A stretch of 64,000 bases of DNA from an uncultured delta proteobacterium. GTDB lineage: Bacteria > Myxococcota > Myxococcia > SLRQ01. The first letter of the stretch is position 1. Each line of letters begins with the position of its first letter. Of the stretch, positions 44,682 to 56,678 are shown in pieces. The position numbers were made by a program, and so were the translations under genes. The notes under the pieces were generated by a model. The model did no database searches, was not told the origin of the DNA, and saw only the letters and a program-made list of their open reading frames with translations. The stretch lies in contig CAVSGM010000002.1 in the NCBI GenBank assembly GCA_963727485.1, forward strand, positions 384,001 through 448,000, given 5' to 3'.

Positions 44682-45707
44682 TCAGCGCTTCGGGGCCCGG
44701 GTGCCGCCGTCGGCCGGGGCGCCGGTGCCGCCGTCGGCCGGGGCGTTGGCCCCCGGGGCGCCCTGGCCCCCGGGGGCGCCCGGCCCCCCCGCAGGCGCCT
44801 TCGCCGCCGGCGCCCGCACCTCCACCTGGGGGACCTTCCCGGTGATCCGGACCCCCTTGGGGAGGGTCAGCTCCACCTCGACCCGGGCCTTCCCCCCCGG
44901 GCCCGGGAGGGCGTCGGCGGGGACCCGGGCGGTGAGCCCCCGGGCCTCGAGGCGCTCCACCGCCGTGTGGGGGCCGCGGACGGTCACCGAGACGTGATCC
45001 GGGTGGACGGTGGCGCCGCCGGGGGCCTCTACCGCCACCCCGTCGATGCGCCGCTCGAGGCCCTCCTCGATGACCGGCACCGTCACCGTCACCGGCTCGC
45101 GCTTCTCCCGGCTCACGTGGGGCCGCTGCACCAGGACCCGCACCTGGGCGGTGACGTCGGCGGTGGCCCCCTCGATGTCCACCGGCTCGGTGGTCACCTC
45201 GGTCAGGGTCGAGAGGTCGCTCTCGGCGCCCTTGAGGGCCACGGTGGACGGAATCACCTTCGGCGCCCCGGCGTGGAAGCCCGCCGCCGGCTCCCCGCGG
45301 ACGGTGGCCACCACGTGGACCTTCCGGGTGATGGTGGCCTCGAGATCGAGGCTCAGGGCGGCGGGGATGATCGAGGTGATGCGCAGGCCCGGCGGGAGGC
45401 GGATGGCCTCCTCGTCGAGGTAGTAGGTGAGCGGCCCGGCGCCGTAGCCGGTGAGGTCGACCTCCACCGGGGGCACGTCCCGGCGGGTGACGCCGCTGAC
45501 CGCCGACCAGGGGCCGGTGACCACCACCTTGAGGCGGTCGGGGACGGTGGTGACGTTCATCATGTCCGCCGGGAGCTCGAGGACCAGGCGCGGGGTGACG
45601 GTGGTGGTCACCTGCCGCTCGCCCTGGACGTAGACGTAGAGGATCACCGCCAGGGCGGCGGCGATGACCTTGAGGGTCCAGTTCTCGAGGAAGATCCGGC
45701 GGAGCAT
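44682..45707 (-). CDS. cdaR: CdaR/YbbR-like regulator of diadenylate cyclase
   Basis: N-terminal TM (NWTLKVIAAALAVILY), YbbR-like repeats, position between cdaA and glmM. Confidence 0.85.
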   Translation of the reverse strand: MLRRIFLENWTLKVIAAALAVILYVYVQGERQVTTTVTPRLVLELPADMMNVTTVPDRLKVVVTGPWSAVSGVTRRDVPPVEVDLTGYGAGPLTYYLDEEAIRLPPGLRITSIIPAALSLDLEATITRKVHVVATVRGEPAAGFHAGAPKVIPSTVALKGAESDLSTLTEVTTEPVDIEGATADVTAQVRVLVQRPHVSREKREPVTVTVPVIEEGLERRIDGVAVEAPGGATVHPDHVSVTVRGPHTAVERLEARGLTARVPADALPGPGGKARVEVELTLPKGVRITGKVPQVEVRAPAAKAPAGGPGAPGGQGAPGANAPADGGTGAPADGGTRAPKR

Positions 45708-45711
45708 GGCG

Positions 45712-46533
45712 TCAGGTGGGGCCGGTGAGGCTCCGGCGCAGGCGGCCGAAGAGGCCCGGGTTCTCGGGGGCGACGAGGGCCAGGAGGACCTTGCGCAGGG
45801 TCGCCTGATCCATGTCCCGGGTGAGCTGTCCCTCGAGGGCGAGCGAGATCTGGCCCCGCTCCTCGCTGACCACCACCACCGCCGCGTCCACCTCCTCGGA
45901 GAGGCCGAGGGCGGCGCGGTGCCGGGTCCCGAGGTCCCGGGCCACGGTGGGGCTGGAGGTGAGCGGGAGGAAGACGGCGGCGGCGGCCAGCCGCCCCTTC
46001 TGGATCACCGCGGCCCCGTCGTGGAGCGGCGAGGCCGGGTGGAAGATGGAGAGGAGCAGCTCCCGGCTCACCTCGGCGTCGAGGCGGACCCCCTGCCCCA
46101 CGTAGTCGTCGAGGTCGGCGGTGCGCTCGACGACGATGAGGGCCCCGAGGCGCCGGCTGGCCAGCGCCGCGGCGCCCTTGACCATCTCCTCGACCCGGGC
46201 GGTCTCGGCGCCGGGGTCCTGGGCCCCGAGGAAGCTGGTGCCCCCGAGGCGCTGGAGCCCCCGACGGATGTCGTGCTGGAAGAGGACGATGACCGCGAAG
46301 ATGAACGAGTAGGACAGGAAGTTGCCGATGAGCCAGTGGAGGGTGGTCAGGCCCAGGAGCCGGCTGGCGAAGAAGGCCCCGATGATGAGGAAGAGGCCCA
46401 TGAGCATCTGGATCGCCCGGGTGCCCTTGATGAGCAGGAGGATCCGGTAGATGACGTAGTAGACCAGCAGGAGGTCCACGGCGCGCAGCGCCCACTGGAC
46501 CCAGCCGGTGGCGTCGCCGAGACGGGCGAGCAT
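45712..46533 (-). CDS. cdaA: Diadenylate cyclase CdaA/DacA
   Basis: Three TM segments; LHDGA, GTRHRAA and VSEERG motifs. Confidence 0.93.
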   Translation of the reverse strand: MLARLGDATGWVQWALRAVDLLLVYYVIYRILLLIKGTRAIQMLMGLFLIIGAFFASRLLGLTTLHWLIGNFLSYSFIFAVIVLFQHDIRRGLQRLGGTSFLGAQDPGAETARVEEMVKGAAALASRRLGALIVVERTADLDDYVGQGVRLDAEVSRELLLSIFHPASPLHDGAAVIQKGRLAAAAVFLPLTSSPTVARDLGTRHRAALGLSEEVDAAVVVVSEERGQISLALEGQLTRDMDQATLRKVLLALVAPENPGLFGRLRRSLTGPT

Positions 46534-47750
46534 CAGAAGGCCTCGCCTTCGGCGTCGGCGGCGCGGATGGCGTCGGCCACGGTGAGGGCCTGGACCGCCT
46601 CGGCGACGTCGTGCACCCGGAGGAGGTGGGCGCCGCCGAGGGCCGCGGCGGTGACGGCGGCGAGGGTCCCGGGGAGCCGGTCGGCGGCCGGGGCGCCGGT
46701 GAGCTTGCCGATGAACGACTTGCGCGAGGGGCCCACCAGCACCGCCCGGCCGAGGCTGGCGAAGGCCGGGAGGCGCCGGAGGAGGACCAGGTTCTGCTCG
46801 GCGGTCTTGGCGAAGCCGATGCCCGGGTCGACGACGATGCGCGCCGGGTCGACGCCGGCGGCCTCGGCCCGGGCGACGGCGGCGGCGAGCCCCTCGAGGA
46901 CCTCGCCCACCAGGTCCCGGTAGCCGGTGCGCGCCTGCATGGTCCGCGGATCGCCGCGCAGGTGCATCACCACCACCGGGACCCGGGCCTCGGCGACCAC
47001 CGCCGCCAGCTCGGCGTCGGCCTCGAGGCCGGAGACGTCGTTGACCAGGGCGGCGCCGGCGTCGAGGGCGGCCCGGGCCACCGCGGCCTTGGTGGTGTCC
47101 ACGGACACGGGCACCTTGCCCTGCGCCAGCCGGCGGATCACCGGCACCACGCGCTCGATCTCCTCGGCGGCGGAGACGGCGGCGGCGCCCGGGCGGGTGG
47201 ACTCGCCACCCACGTCGAGGATCGCGGCGCCGGCCGCGGCGAGGGCCTCGCCCCGGGCCACGGCGGCGCCGGGGTCGAGGTAGCGGCCCCCGTCGGAGAA
47301 GCTGTCGGGGGTGACGTTGACGATGCCCATGACGTGGGCCTTGCGGCCGAAGCCCAGGCGGGTGGCGCCCAGCTCCAGGGGCGGCGGCGGCGCGGCGCCC
47401 CGGGAGAGGCAGCGGGTGAGCGCGGCCACGGCGTCGGCGACGCCCGGGTCGTCGGTGGTGGCGGCCAGCCGGCTCGCCAGGGCGAAGACCGACCACTGGC
47501 TCCCGGCCACCAGCGCCGCGTCGCCCCCGGCGGCGAGGACCACCGGATCCGCGGCCTCGTCCTCCGGCGCCCGCCCCGCCTGGCGCAGGGACTCGGCGAC
47601 CCCGGGCGGGAGCCCCGTGAGCAGCACCTGCGCCGGCCGGGCCACCGCCTTGGCGACCTGCTTGGCGGTGCCGTCGGGCAGCCCCACGCGGCGCAGGTGG
47701 GCGCGGGCCTCATCCAGGCCCTCGAGGATCACCCGGCGGGCGAGCAACAT
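46533..47750 (-). CDS. folP: Dihydropteroate synthase with N-terminal extension
   Basis: [41 protein letters not shown]. Confidence 0.95.
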   Translation of the reverse strand: MLLARRVILEGLDEARAHLRRVGLPDGTAKQVAKAVARPAQVLLTGLPPGVAESLRQAGRAPEDEAADPVVLAAGGDAALVAGSQWSVFALASRLAATTDDPGVADAVAALTRCLSRGAAPPPPLELGATRLGFGRKAHVMGIVNVTPDSFSDGGRYLDPGAAVARGEALAAAGAAILDVGGESTRPGAAAVSAAEEIERVVPVIRRLAQGKVPVSVDTTKAAVARAALDAGAALVNDVSGLEADAELAAVVAEARVPVVVMHLRGDPRTMQARTGYRDLVGEVLEGLAAAVARAEAAGVDPARIVVDPGIGFAKTAEQNLVLLRRLPAFASLGRAVLVGPSRKSFIGKLTGAPAADRLPGTLAAVTAAALGGAHLLRVHDVAEAVQALTVADAIRAADAEGEAF

Positions 47751-47845
47751 GGCGCCTCTATAGCACGGGCCCGGCTGGAGGCCAGCGGGGCCCGGGCGTC
47801 ACGGGGCGCCCCGTCCGGGGCGCGACGGCTCGAGCCCGCGGCCGG

Positions 47846-49773
<1,928 letters not shown>

Positions 49774-49900
49774 GGGACTCCCTCGACGGCTGTAGCCTCG
49801 GAATTCTGCGCGGTTCTAGCACACGGGATCGAAGCGCGACAACACGGGGGGGCTAGGAGCCCCAGGCGCGAACGGCGTGGCTTCATAGTTGTCTAAACCC

Positions 49901-51298
49901 CTAACCGCCGTTGTCCCGTCGGGCTTCCGCGGGGGCCACCGGGGCGTCCTCGAGGTAGCGGAGGGTCCAGGACGGGGCGGTGACCGGGGGGGGCACGGCG
50001 ATCCGGACGCCCAGGATCCAGAGGACCGAGTCGCCCTCGGGGCCCCGGGCCACCAGCAGCGGCACGGCGCCCCGCGACGGCCTCGGCACCCGCGCCGCCT
50101 GCAGGAGCCGGGCGACCTTGGGGCCCCCGGCGAGGCGATCGCCGGGCGCGGGCCCCCGGAGCAGGAGGCGGTACGGCGCCGCGGGCACCGGGAGCACCAG
50201 GTGGCCAGCGCCGCCGGGGGTCACCTCGAGGACGCCTCGGCCCGGCAGGGGGTAGCGCCCCGGTCCAGGGACCTCGCGCTCGGCGAGGACGGGCCAGGGG
50301 CCCCGGCCGAAGAAGAGCCACCCCAGGGACCGCTCGGCGACCACGCCCCCGGGGAGGGTCGCCTGGGCCCCCTCGCCGGCGCCCCGGGCCAGCTCGAGGA
50401 GGGCGTCGAGGTGGGCGCCCTCCACGGGATCCACCGGGCCCGCCGCCGCCTCGCGCCAGGCCCGGGCCAGGATCCGCCGGGCCAGCGGCGCCGGGGCCGC
50501 GGCGAGGACCGCCGCCGAGAGGCCCCCCTCGAGGCCCGGGCCCCGGCCGGTGGCCCGGCGCCGCACCTCCGCCGCCAGGTCGTCGAGGAGGGCCGCCTCC
50601 TCGGCGGCGAGGGACGCAAGGCGCCCCAGGGCCTCCACCGCCGAAGGGTTCAGCTCACCGGCCAGGGCCGGGAGGAGACGCTGGCGCACCCGGACCCGGC
50701 GGAAGGCGTCCCGGTCGTTTGAGGGATCGTGGCGGACCGGGAGGTCGTGGGCCGCGCACCAGGCGGCGAGGACCTCCCGGCGGCAGGCCAGCAGCGGCCG
50801 GATCACCTGCCCGTGGCGCCGGCGGATGCCCGCGAGCCCCGCCGGCGTGGTGCCCCGGCCCAGGCGGAGGAGCACGGTCTCGGCCTGGTCGGTGGCGGTG
50901 TGGCCGGTGGCGACCCGGTCGGCGCCGACCTCCTGCCGGAGCCGCTCCAGGGCCCGGTACCGGGCGCGCCGGGCGGCGGCCTGGACGCCCCCCGGTCCCT
51001 CGACCTCGACCCGGGCGAGGCGGAAGCCCACCCCGAGCCGATCGGCGAGGGCGGCGACCGCGTCGGCGTCGGCGGCGCTGTCCGGTCGCAGGCCGTGGTC
51101 CACGTGGGCCGCCACCACCGAGGCCACCCCCAGGCCGGGGCCGAGGGTCGCCAGGGCGTGGAGCAGGGCGGTGGAGTCGGGCCCGCCGCTGGCGGCGACG
51201 AGGATCCGGGCGCCGCCGGGCCACAGCCCGTCGGCAGCGGCCGCCCGGAGCGCCGCCTCCACGGCCGCGAGGGCCTCGGGGCTGGCAATGGGGTGCAT
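49901..51298 (-). CDS. tilS: tRNA(Ile)-lysidine synthetase
   Basis: SGGPDS, HVDHGLR, GHTATDQAET, IRPLL, DPSN; lies upstream of ftsH. Confidence 0.92.
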   Translation of the reverse strand: MHPIASPEALAAVEAALRAAAADGLWPGGARILVAASGGPDSTALLHALATLGPGLGVASVVAAHVDHGLRPDSAADADAVAALADRLGVGFRLARVEVEGPGGVQAAARRARYRALERLRQEVGADRVATGHTATDQAETVLLRLGRGTTPAGLAGIRRRHGQVIRPLLACRREVLAAWCAAHDLPVRHDPSNDRDAFRRVRVRQRLLPALAGELNPSAVEALGRLASLAAEEAALLDDLAAEVRRRATGRGPGLEGGLSAAVLAAAPAPLARRILARAWREAAAGPVDPVEGAHLDALLELARGAGEGAQATLPGGVVAERSLGWLFFGRGPWPVLAEREVPGPGRYPLPGRGVLEVTPGGAGHLVLPVPAAPYRLLLRGPAPGDRLAGGPKVARLLQAARVPRPSRGAVPLLVARGPEGDSVLWILGVRIAVPPPVTAPSWTLRYLEDAPVAPAEARRDNGG

Positions 51299-51360
51299 GG
51301 GGGGTTTGTGGGATTTGGGCGTTCGGCCTATTGTAGGAGATGCGGCAGGAAAGGGCCCTA

Positions 51361-51378
51361 AGGTCGGAGTTCCGACCT
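51361..51378. promoter_or_regulatory. 18-bp inverted repeat upstream of tilS (possible operator)
   Basis: AGGTCGGA-GT-TCCGACCT. A TACAAT hexamer lies on the minus strand between it and the tilS ATG. Confidence 0.4.
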
Positions 51379-51533
51379 GGAATGCGGGTCTCAGTGGCCC
51401 TGTTCAGGACGAAGCGAGCAGCAGAATGGGATCCGGGGAACCCCCTCCCCCCCGGGTTCCGGGGGCGGCCGGTCCGAGCGGGCCGGCGCCCCAAACCTCT
51501 TCGATGGGATGGACTCTGGGGATCCCCCTCCCC

Positions 51534-52526
51534 CTAGGGTCCCCGGCCTCCGCGCCCCGCGCGGGGGCCGGTTTTTTCCGTCGTCGGGACCCGGGCGCCG
51601 CCGTCCGGGTCCCCCGCGCCGCCGTCCACCACGGCGCGACCGCCGTCGGGGGCCGCCGCGCCGCCGGCCCCGCCGCTCCGCCCGCCGCCCCGCCGTCCGC
51701 CCCGCCGTCCGCCCCGCCGTCCGCCCCGCCGTCCGCCCGCCCCACCCTGCGCGCCGCCCCCGAGGTTCGCCGCGAGCCACGCCGAGATGACGGCCCCGCC
51801 CACGCCGAGGGACCGGCTCCGGTCCGGGGTCATGCGCAGGGCCACGGCCACCAGGCGCCCCCGGGTGTCGAAGGCGGGGATGCCGTTGAGGGCCTGCCCC
51901 GAGAGGTAGAGGGTGGGCCCGTCGACGAGGGCCGCGGCGAGGCGGACCGACGCGGCGTCCCCCTCGAGGGTGGCGGGCATGACCACCTCCGAGGCGTTGG
52001 CCTCCCCCGCAGGCGGCGGCACCGGGCCCACCCCGACGACGGCCTGGAGCTTGGGCGCCTTCGCCGGCTCGAAGGTGAGGAGCGCCAGGCCCACCCGGGC
52101 ATCGACCTTCCGGACGCGCAGCGGCAGGTGCCGGCCGCTCCGGAGGACCGCGTAGACGCGGGTGGCCCCGGTGAGGTACCGGGCGGTGGTGAGCAGCACC
52201 CCTGGGGCGACCACCGTCCCCCCGCCGTCCTCGACGCGCAGGTTGTCGGGGTCGTAGGGGGGCGGGGGCACGTGGACCGTGTCCACCCGGACCACCCGGC
52301 GGGCCAGGTAGTACGCCAGGTCGATCTGCTGCTGGGTGTAGCGCAGGTCGAAGCCGCCGTCGGGGACCTCGAGGTCCTGCGAGGGCGGCGGCCAGGGGGC
52401 GTTGAAGCGGGCGCGGTGCGGCACCCACCAGCCGTGGCCCCCGCCGGCCCCGAGGAGGAGCACCGTCGCCGCGAGCCCCGCGGCCACCGCCGCCAGGGCG
52501 GCCCCGAGCCGCGCGCGGCCCCTCAC
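51534..52526 (-). CDS. Secreted trypsin-like (S1C) fold protein, probably catalytically inactive; low-complexity C-terminus
   Basis: GGTVVAPGVLLTTARYL, DARVGLALL and NGIPAFDTRGRLVAV align with S1C motifs but lack the His and Ser. Confidence 0.6.
   Translation of the reverse strand: MRGRARLGAALAAVAAGLAATVLLLGAGGGHGWWVPHRARFNAPWPPPSQDLEVPDGGFDLRYTQQQIDLAYYLARRVVRVDTVHVPPPPYDPDNLRVEDGGGTVVAPGVLLTTARYLTGATRVYAVLRSGRHLPLRVRKVDARVGLALLTFEPAKAPKLQAVVGVGPVPPPAGEANASEVVMPATLEGDAASVRLAAALVDGPTLYLSGQALNGIPAFDTRGRLVAVALRMTPDRSRSLGVGGAVISAWLAANLGGGAQGGAGGRRGGRRGGRRGGRRGGGRSGGAGGAAAPDGGRAVVDGGAGDPDGGARVPTTEKTGPRAGRGGRGP
51687..51734. repeat. Tandem repeat of a 12-bp unit, 4 copies
   Basis: (GCCCCGCCGTCC)x4; encodes an ADGG-type linker on the minus strand. 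Confidence 0.85.
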
Positions 52527-54262
52527 TCCTTGGCCCAGTGGTCGGCCACGGTGACGTCGACCACCGTGGGCACGGACGCGAGGAAGGCGTCGCCGGCGGC
52601 GACCATCTCCCGGCGCAGGACCTCGGCGGCGGCCTCGGCGTCGCCCTCGGCGGCCTCGACCACCAGCTCGTCGTGGACCGAGTTCACCAGGAAGGCGTCG
52701 AGGCCCTCGCGCCGGAAGGCCCGGGCGGCCCGGGCCATGGCGAGCTTGGTGATGTCGGCGCTGGTGCCCTGGATGGGCATGTTCCGGGCGACCCGCGAGA
52801 GGGACGACCGGCGCTCGGGATCGTCGGTGCCGTCGAGGTAGAGGCGCCGGCCGGCGAGGGTCACGGCGTAGCCCCGACCGAGCCCGGCCTCGGCGGTTTC
52901 CTCAAGGAACGCGCGGATCTTGGGGTAGGTCTTGAAGTACTGCTCGAGGAGCTTCTCCGCCTCGGGGACCGGGATCTCGAGCTGCCCGGCGAGGCCCGCG
53001 GCGCCCATGCCGTAGACCAGGCCGAAGTTGATGGCCTTGGTCCGCGCCCGGAGCTCCGGGTTCTCGGTCTTGCTCACCGGCTTGCCAAAGAGCCGGCTGG
53101 CGACGATGGCGTGGAGGTCGCCCCCGTCGGCGAAGGTCTTGACGAAGACCGGGTCGCCGCTCATCTCGGCGAGGATGCGCAGCTCGCAGGTGGCGTAGTC
53201 GGCGGTGACCATCCGCCGGCCCGCCGGCGCGGCGAAGGCGGCCCGGAAGGCGTCCCCGTGCTGGATGTTCTGGAGGTTCGGGTCCTGGCAGCTCGCCCGG
53301 CCGGTGGAGGCGCCGATCTGGCGGAACCGGGGGTGGATGCGCCCGGTGACCGGGTGGATGTGGGCCAGGAAGCCCTCGCCGTAGGCCGAGAGGATCTTCT
53401 GCTGGGCCCGCCAGGCGAGGAGCCCCCGGGCCACCGGGTGGTCGACCCGCGAGAGGGTCTTCTTGGAGAGGTCGGGCAGCTCCTCGTAGCCGAGGCGGGC
53501 GAAGACGTCCCGGAGCTCGGTCTCGGACTCGTAGTTGACCTGCACGTTGCCGAAGAGGTCGCCGCCGACCACCGGCAGCAGCGCCTTCTCCAGATCCTTG
53601 CGGGCGGCGTCCCGGGCGGCCCCGGCCCCGGCGAGGATGGCCTCCCAGGCGACGCGGTCGAGGTTGATCCCCCGCCACTCGAGCTCGGCGAAGGCGTCGA
53701 CGGCGGCGCCCTCGATCTGGGCCACCCGGGACAGGCCCGCCCGCTCGATCTCCGGGGCCTGGGCCACGAAGAGGTGCCAGGTGGCGAGCACGTCGTCGAG
53801 GGCGTACTCGATCTGGCTCTCGGTGAGGGTGCCCTCGAAGCCCACGAAGGTGGTGCGCTCGGCCTTGTCCAGGGAGATGCCCACCCGGCGCTCGGCGCTG
53901 GCCTTGAGGGTCCGGGGGCCGATCTTGCGACCGCCGGCGATGAGCATCTCCAGGAGCATGGTGTCCTGGGGACGGCTGACCTCGAGGCCCAGCTTCTTGA
54001 GGAACTTGAGGTCGAACTGGGCGTTGTGGAAGACGGTGATCCCCGGGCGCTCCAGCACGGCCTTCAGGGGCGAAAGGTCGGAGATCTGCCGGGCGTCCAC
54101 GGCGACCCGGAGCCGGTCGTCGCCGATCTGGATGAGGAGGGTCTTGTCCCGGTGGGGATCGAGGCCGGTGGTCTCGAGGTCGCAGGCGAGGACCGGGCGG
54201 CCCTCGAGGCGCCTGACCGCCTCCCGGAGGGCGGCGTCGTCCTGGATCATCCGCAGGTCCAC
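52523..54262 (-). CDS. Family A DNA polymerase with 3'-5' exonuclease but no 5'-3' nuclease domain
   Basis: ExoI CDLETTG, ExoII HNAQFD, ExoIII YALDD; pol motifs ADYATCELR, KAINFGLVYG, VHDEL. GTG at 54262 follows GAGG. Confidence 0.9.
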   Translation of the reverse strand: MDLRMIQDDAALREAVRRLEGRPVLACDLETTGLDPHRDKTLLIQIGDDRLRVAVDARQISDLSPLKAVLERPGITVFHNAQFDLKFLKKLGLEVSRPQDTMLLEMLIAGGRKIGPRTLKASAERRVGISLDKAERTTFVGFEGTLTESQIEYALDDVLATWHLFVAQAPEIERAGLSRVAQIEGAAVDAFAELEWRGINLDRVAWEAILAGAGAARDAARKDLEKALLPVVGGDLFGNVQVNYESETELRDVFARLGYEELPDLSKKTLSRVDHPVARGLLAWRAQQKILSAYGEGFLAHIHPVTGRIHPRFRQIGASTGRASCQDPNLQNIQHGDAFRAAFAAPAGRRMVTADYATCELRILAEMSGDPVFVKTFADGGDLHAIVASRLFGKPVSKTENPELRARTKAINFGLVYGMGAAGLAGQLEIPVPEAEKLLEQYFKTYPKIRAFLEETAEAGLGRGYAVTLAGRRLYLDGTDDPERRSSLSRVARNMPIQGTSADITKLAMARAARAFRREGLDAFLVNSVHDELVVEAAEGDAEAAAEVLRREMVAAGDAFLASVPTVVDVTVADHWAKE

Positions 54263-54318
54263 GTCGGCGCCCTCTATATCAGACCCCCCTGACCCCGACC
54301 CGGCCCGCGGCGGTTTTC

Positions 54319-54346
54319 TTGATGGACTCCTACCCTCACCTACACT
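54319..54346 (+). promoter_or_regulatory. Possible sigma70-like promoter of the small RHH-like gene
   Basis: TTGATG-N16-TACACT, then an AGGAG SD before ATG 54395. Confidence 0.35.
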
Positions 54347-54394
54347 GGACCACGTCAGACCCCCTTGACCCCACATCCCACGACAGGAGCCCAC

Positions 54395-54574
54395 ATGCGC
54401 GGCACCAAGAAGCGAAGCATCTACGTCCCCGCCGACATCCTCGAGGAGATCGAGCACGAGATGCAGCGGCAGGAGCGGACCATGTCCTGGCTGGTGCAGC
54501 AGGCCTGGCGCGTCGCCCGTCCCACGATCCAGAGCCTCCCCGGGGTCGAGGATCACTTCTCCGGCGTGGCCTGA
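54395..54574 (+). CDS. TIGR04563-like small protein (ribbon-helix-helix-like)
   Basis: KRSIYVPADILEEIEHEMQRQERTMSWLVQQAWRVAR; good SD; paralog at 56754. Confidence 0.8.
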   Translation: MRGTKKRSIYVPADILEEIEHEMQRQERTMSWLVQQAWRVARPTIQSLPGVEDHFSGVA

Positions 54575-54578
54575 TCCC

Positions 54579-54839
54579 ATGACCCGCCGCCTCCTCGCCG
54601 CCGCCGTCGTCGCCTGCGCCCTGGCCCTCCCCGGCCTGGCGCGCGCCGGCGGCGGCGCCGCCCCCCACGTCCTCCTCGGGGACTTCGCCCGAGGCCCCGC
54701 CCCGGCCTCGGTGGTCGACGCCCTGGCCGCCGACGAGGCCCGGCGCGACGCCAAGCGGCCCCACGTGCAGCCCACCGCCGCCGACCGGCTCCGCGCCGAG
54801 CGCCTCCTGGTCGAGGCCGCCCGCCTCGACCGCCGCTGA
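54579..54839 (+). CDS. Small secreted hypothetical protein
   Basis: Signal peptide MTRRLLAAAVVACALALPGLARA; starts 4 nt after the previous gene. Confidence 0.5.
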   Translation: MTRRLLAAAVVACALALPGLARAGGGAAPHVLLGDFARGPAPASVVDALAADEARRDAKRPHVQPTAADRLRAERLLVEAARLDRR

Positions 54840-54911
54840 GCCGGGCCACCGGCCCGCTCACCCCGCGCCCTGCCATACGGCACCCGACCGGACTGCCACC
54901 TGGCAGCCGGC

Positions 54912-56678
54912 CTAGGGCTGGCAGATCACCGGCCCGGTGTAGGCCCCGGTCGGCGTCCCCGCGGTGAACGCCGAGACGGTCACCGGGCTCACCCCCAGGT
55001 CCAACGTGGCCTGGTACCAGCCCCCGACGGCGCTCTTCTGGAAGGTCACCGTCTGCGTCGACACCACCGTCCCCCGGTGGTCGACCTCGAGGGTGGCGTC
55101 GAAGCTCGCCGGCTGGACCCCGTGGTCGGCGAAGTAGTTCACGCCGATGACGTAGTGCTCGCCGGGGACGATCTGCGCCTGGCCCATGCGGATGGTCTCC
55201 AGGCGCACGTCGGTGGTTCCCGGGCGGATGGACTGGCCCAGGTTGTCGAAGACCAGGAGCGGGTCGTCGGCGTGGATCCCGTCGGCGTTCAGCTTGCCGT
55301 CGCCGGTGGTGTCCGGGCCCCAGTCGAGGACCGGCACCCCCGGGCTCTTCGGAGCGCAGGTGTCCCAGTAGCAGTCCAGGGTCTGGCAGAAGCGCACGCC
55401 CCCTGGGGCGATGAGGTGGAGGTCGAGGTCCGCGTCCACGTGCCAGGCGAGCTGCACGGTGAGGTCGTCGGCGGGGACGGCGTTCACGGTCACCGCCGCC
55501 GGTGGCGAGGTGAGCCCCTGGGGGTCGGCCACGGTCAGGGCCACGGTGTAGGTGCCCACCGCGTCCACGTCGACGTAGGGCGGCGGGTCCCCGGAGCCCG
55601 GCGCCGGCCCGAAGGCGGGGTTGGCCACCGCGGCGCCCGAGAGGGCCGGCTCCCCGGTCAGCGACCAGGCGTAGGTGAGCGGATCGCCCTCGGGATCGCC
55701 GGAGCAGCTCGAGGTCGGGTGGGCGGTGAAGACCACCCGGTCGCCGGGGCCGGCCTGGGGGTTCGCCGGGTCGGCGGGCGTCGCCACGCTCCCGTCGCCG
55801 TGGACGATCTGGACCGCCGCGGCGCAGGCCGTGGGGGCCTGGTTCGGGGCCACCGTGGCCGAGAGGTCGACGCAGGCGGTGGGCTGGTCCGGGTCGTTGG
55901 AGGCGATCTCGAGCTTCCCGGTGACCGCGCCGGTGCCCGCGGCCGGGGCCGCGAAGGCCAGCGGCAGATCCACCCCGCCCCCGACGACGATCTTCGTGCC
56001 GGTGAGGTCCTTGCCCGCCGAGAACCCGGCGGCGGTGGTGCCGGGGGCCGGGGTCACCGCGTCGACGGTGAGCTTCGCCTGTCCGACGTTGCGCACCAGG
56101 ATGCCCGCGGTGGCGCTCCCCCCCGGGGCCACGTGGCCGAAGTCCACGGCGAGACACTGGCCCGGGGCGGCGCAGTCCGGGGTGGTCTGGCCGGCGGCCA
56201 GCGGGTGGCACAGGGCGATGTGCGCCGCCTTGCCGGTGCCGGTGAGGGGGATCGAGAGGTCCCCGGCGGTGGCGGTGCTGTGGATCACCAGGGTCGCCGC
56301 CGCGTCCCCGACGGCGCTGGGGTCGAAGCCCACCTCGAGGGTCACCGAGGCCGCCGGGCCCAGGGCCGCCTTGGCCGGGAGCGCCGGGGCCACGAAGGCG
56401 CCCTTCCCCGCCCCCGTGAGCTCGAAGCCCTTGAGGGTGACGCCGCCGGTCCCGGTGACCTTCAGCCCCAGGGTCTTGCGCGTGGTCTCACCCACCGGGG
56501 CGTCGCCGAAGGCCAGGGCCGAGGGCGTCGCCTGGAGGACGTAGGTGAGCTTCGACACCGTCGGGCCGCTGCAGCCGGCCGAGCTGCCCAGGAGGGCGGC
56601 GCCGAGGATCCCCGCCCCGAGGAGGGCCAGGACGCCGGACCGCGCCGCCGGGGGGTGGTATCGTACCTTTCGCGCCAA
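54912..56678 (-). CDS. Surface lipoprotein with ASH/choice-of-anchor-D Ig-like domains, a PKD-like domain and a C-terminal YfaP-like domain; start uncertain
   Basis: SSAGC lipobox; LAFGD/VDFGH..N.G repeats, IASNDPDQP, DPEGDPLTYAWSL, LAWHVDADLDLHL. Confidence 0.7.
   Translation of the reverse strand: MARKVRYHPPAARSGVLALLGAGILGAALLGSSAGCSGPTVSKLTYVLQATPSALAFGDAPVGETTRKTLGLKVTGTGGVTLKGFELTGAGKGAFVAPALPAKAALGPAASVTLEVGFDPSAVGDAAATLVIHSTATAGDLSIPLTGTGKAAHIALCHPLAAGQTTPDCAAPGQCLAVDFGHVAPGGSATAGILVRNVGQAKLTVDAVTPAPGTTAAGFSAGKDLTGTKIVVGGGVDLPLAFAAPAAGTGAVTGKLEIASNDPDQPTACVDLSATVAPNQAPTACAAAVQIVHGDGSVATPADPANPQAGPGDRVVFTAHPTSSCSGDPEGDPLTYAWSLTGEPALSGAAVANPAFGPAPGSGDPPPYVDVDAVGTYTVALTVADPQGLTSPPAAVTVNAVPADDLTVQLAWHVDADLDLHLIAPGGVRFCQTLDCYWDTCAPKSPGVPVLDWGPDTTGDGKLNADGIHADDPLLVFDNLGQSIRPGTTDVRLETIRMGQAQIVPGEHYVIGVNYFADHGVQPASFDATLEVDHRGTVVSTQTVTFQKSAVGGWYQATLDLGVSPVTVSAFTAGTPTGAYTGPVICQP

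Noticed and set aside
51389..51408. Myxococcus-type LexA box (GTTCAGG half)
   Set aside because: Only the right half resembles the consensus as I recall it; the left half does not match.
51687..51734. CRISPR-like array
   Set aside because: A spacerless 12-bp tandem repeat encoding a Gly-rich linker; similar coding repeats occur at about 44700-44745 and 61290-61340.
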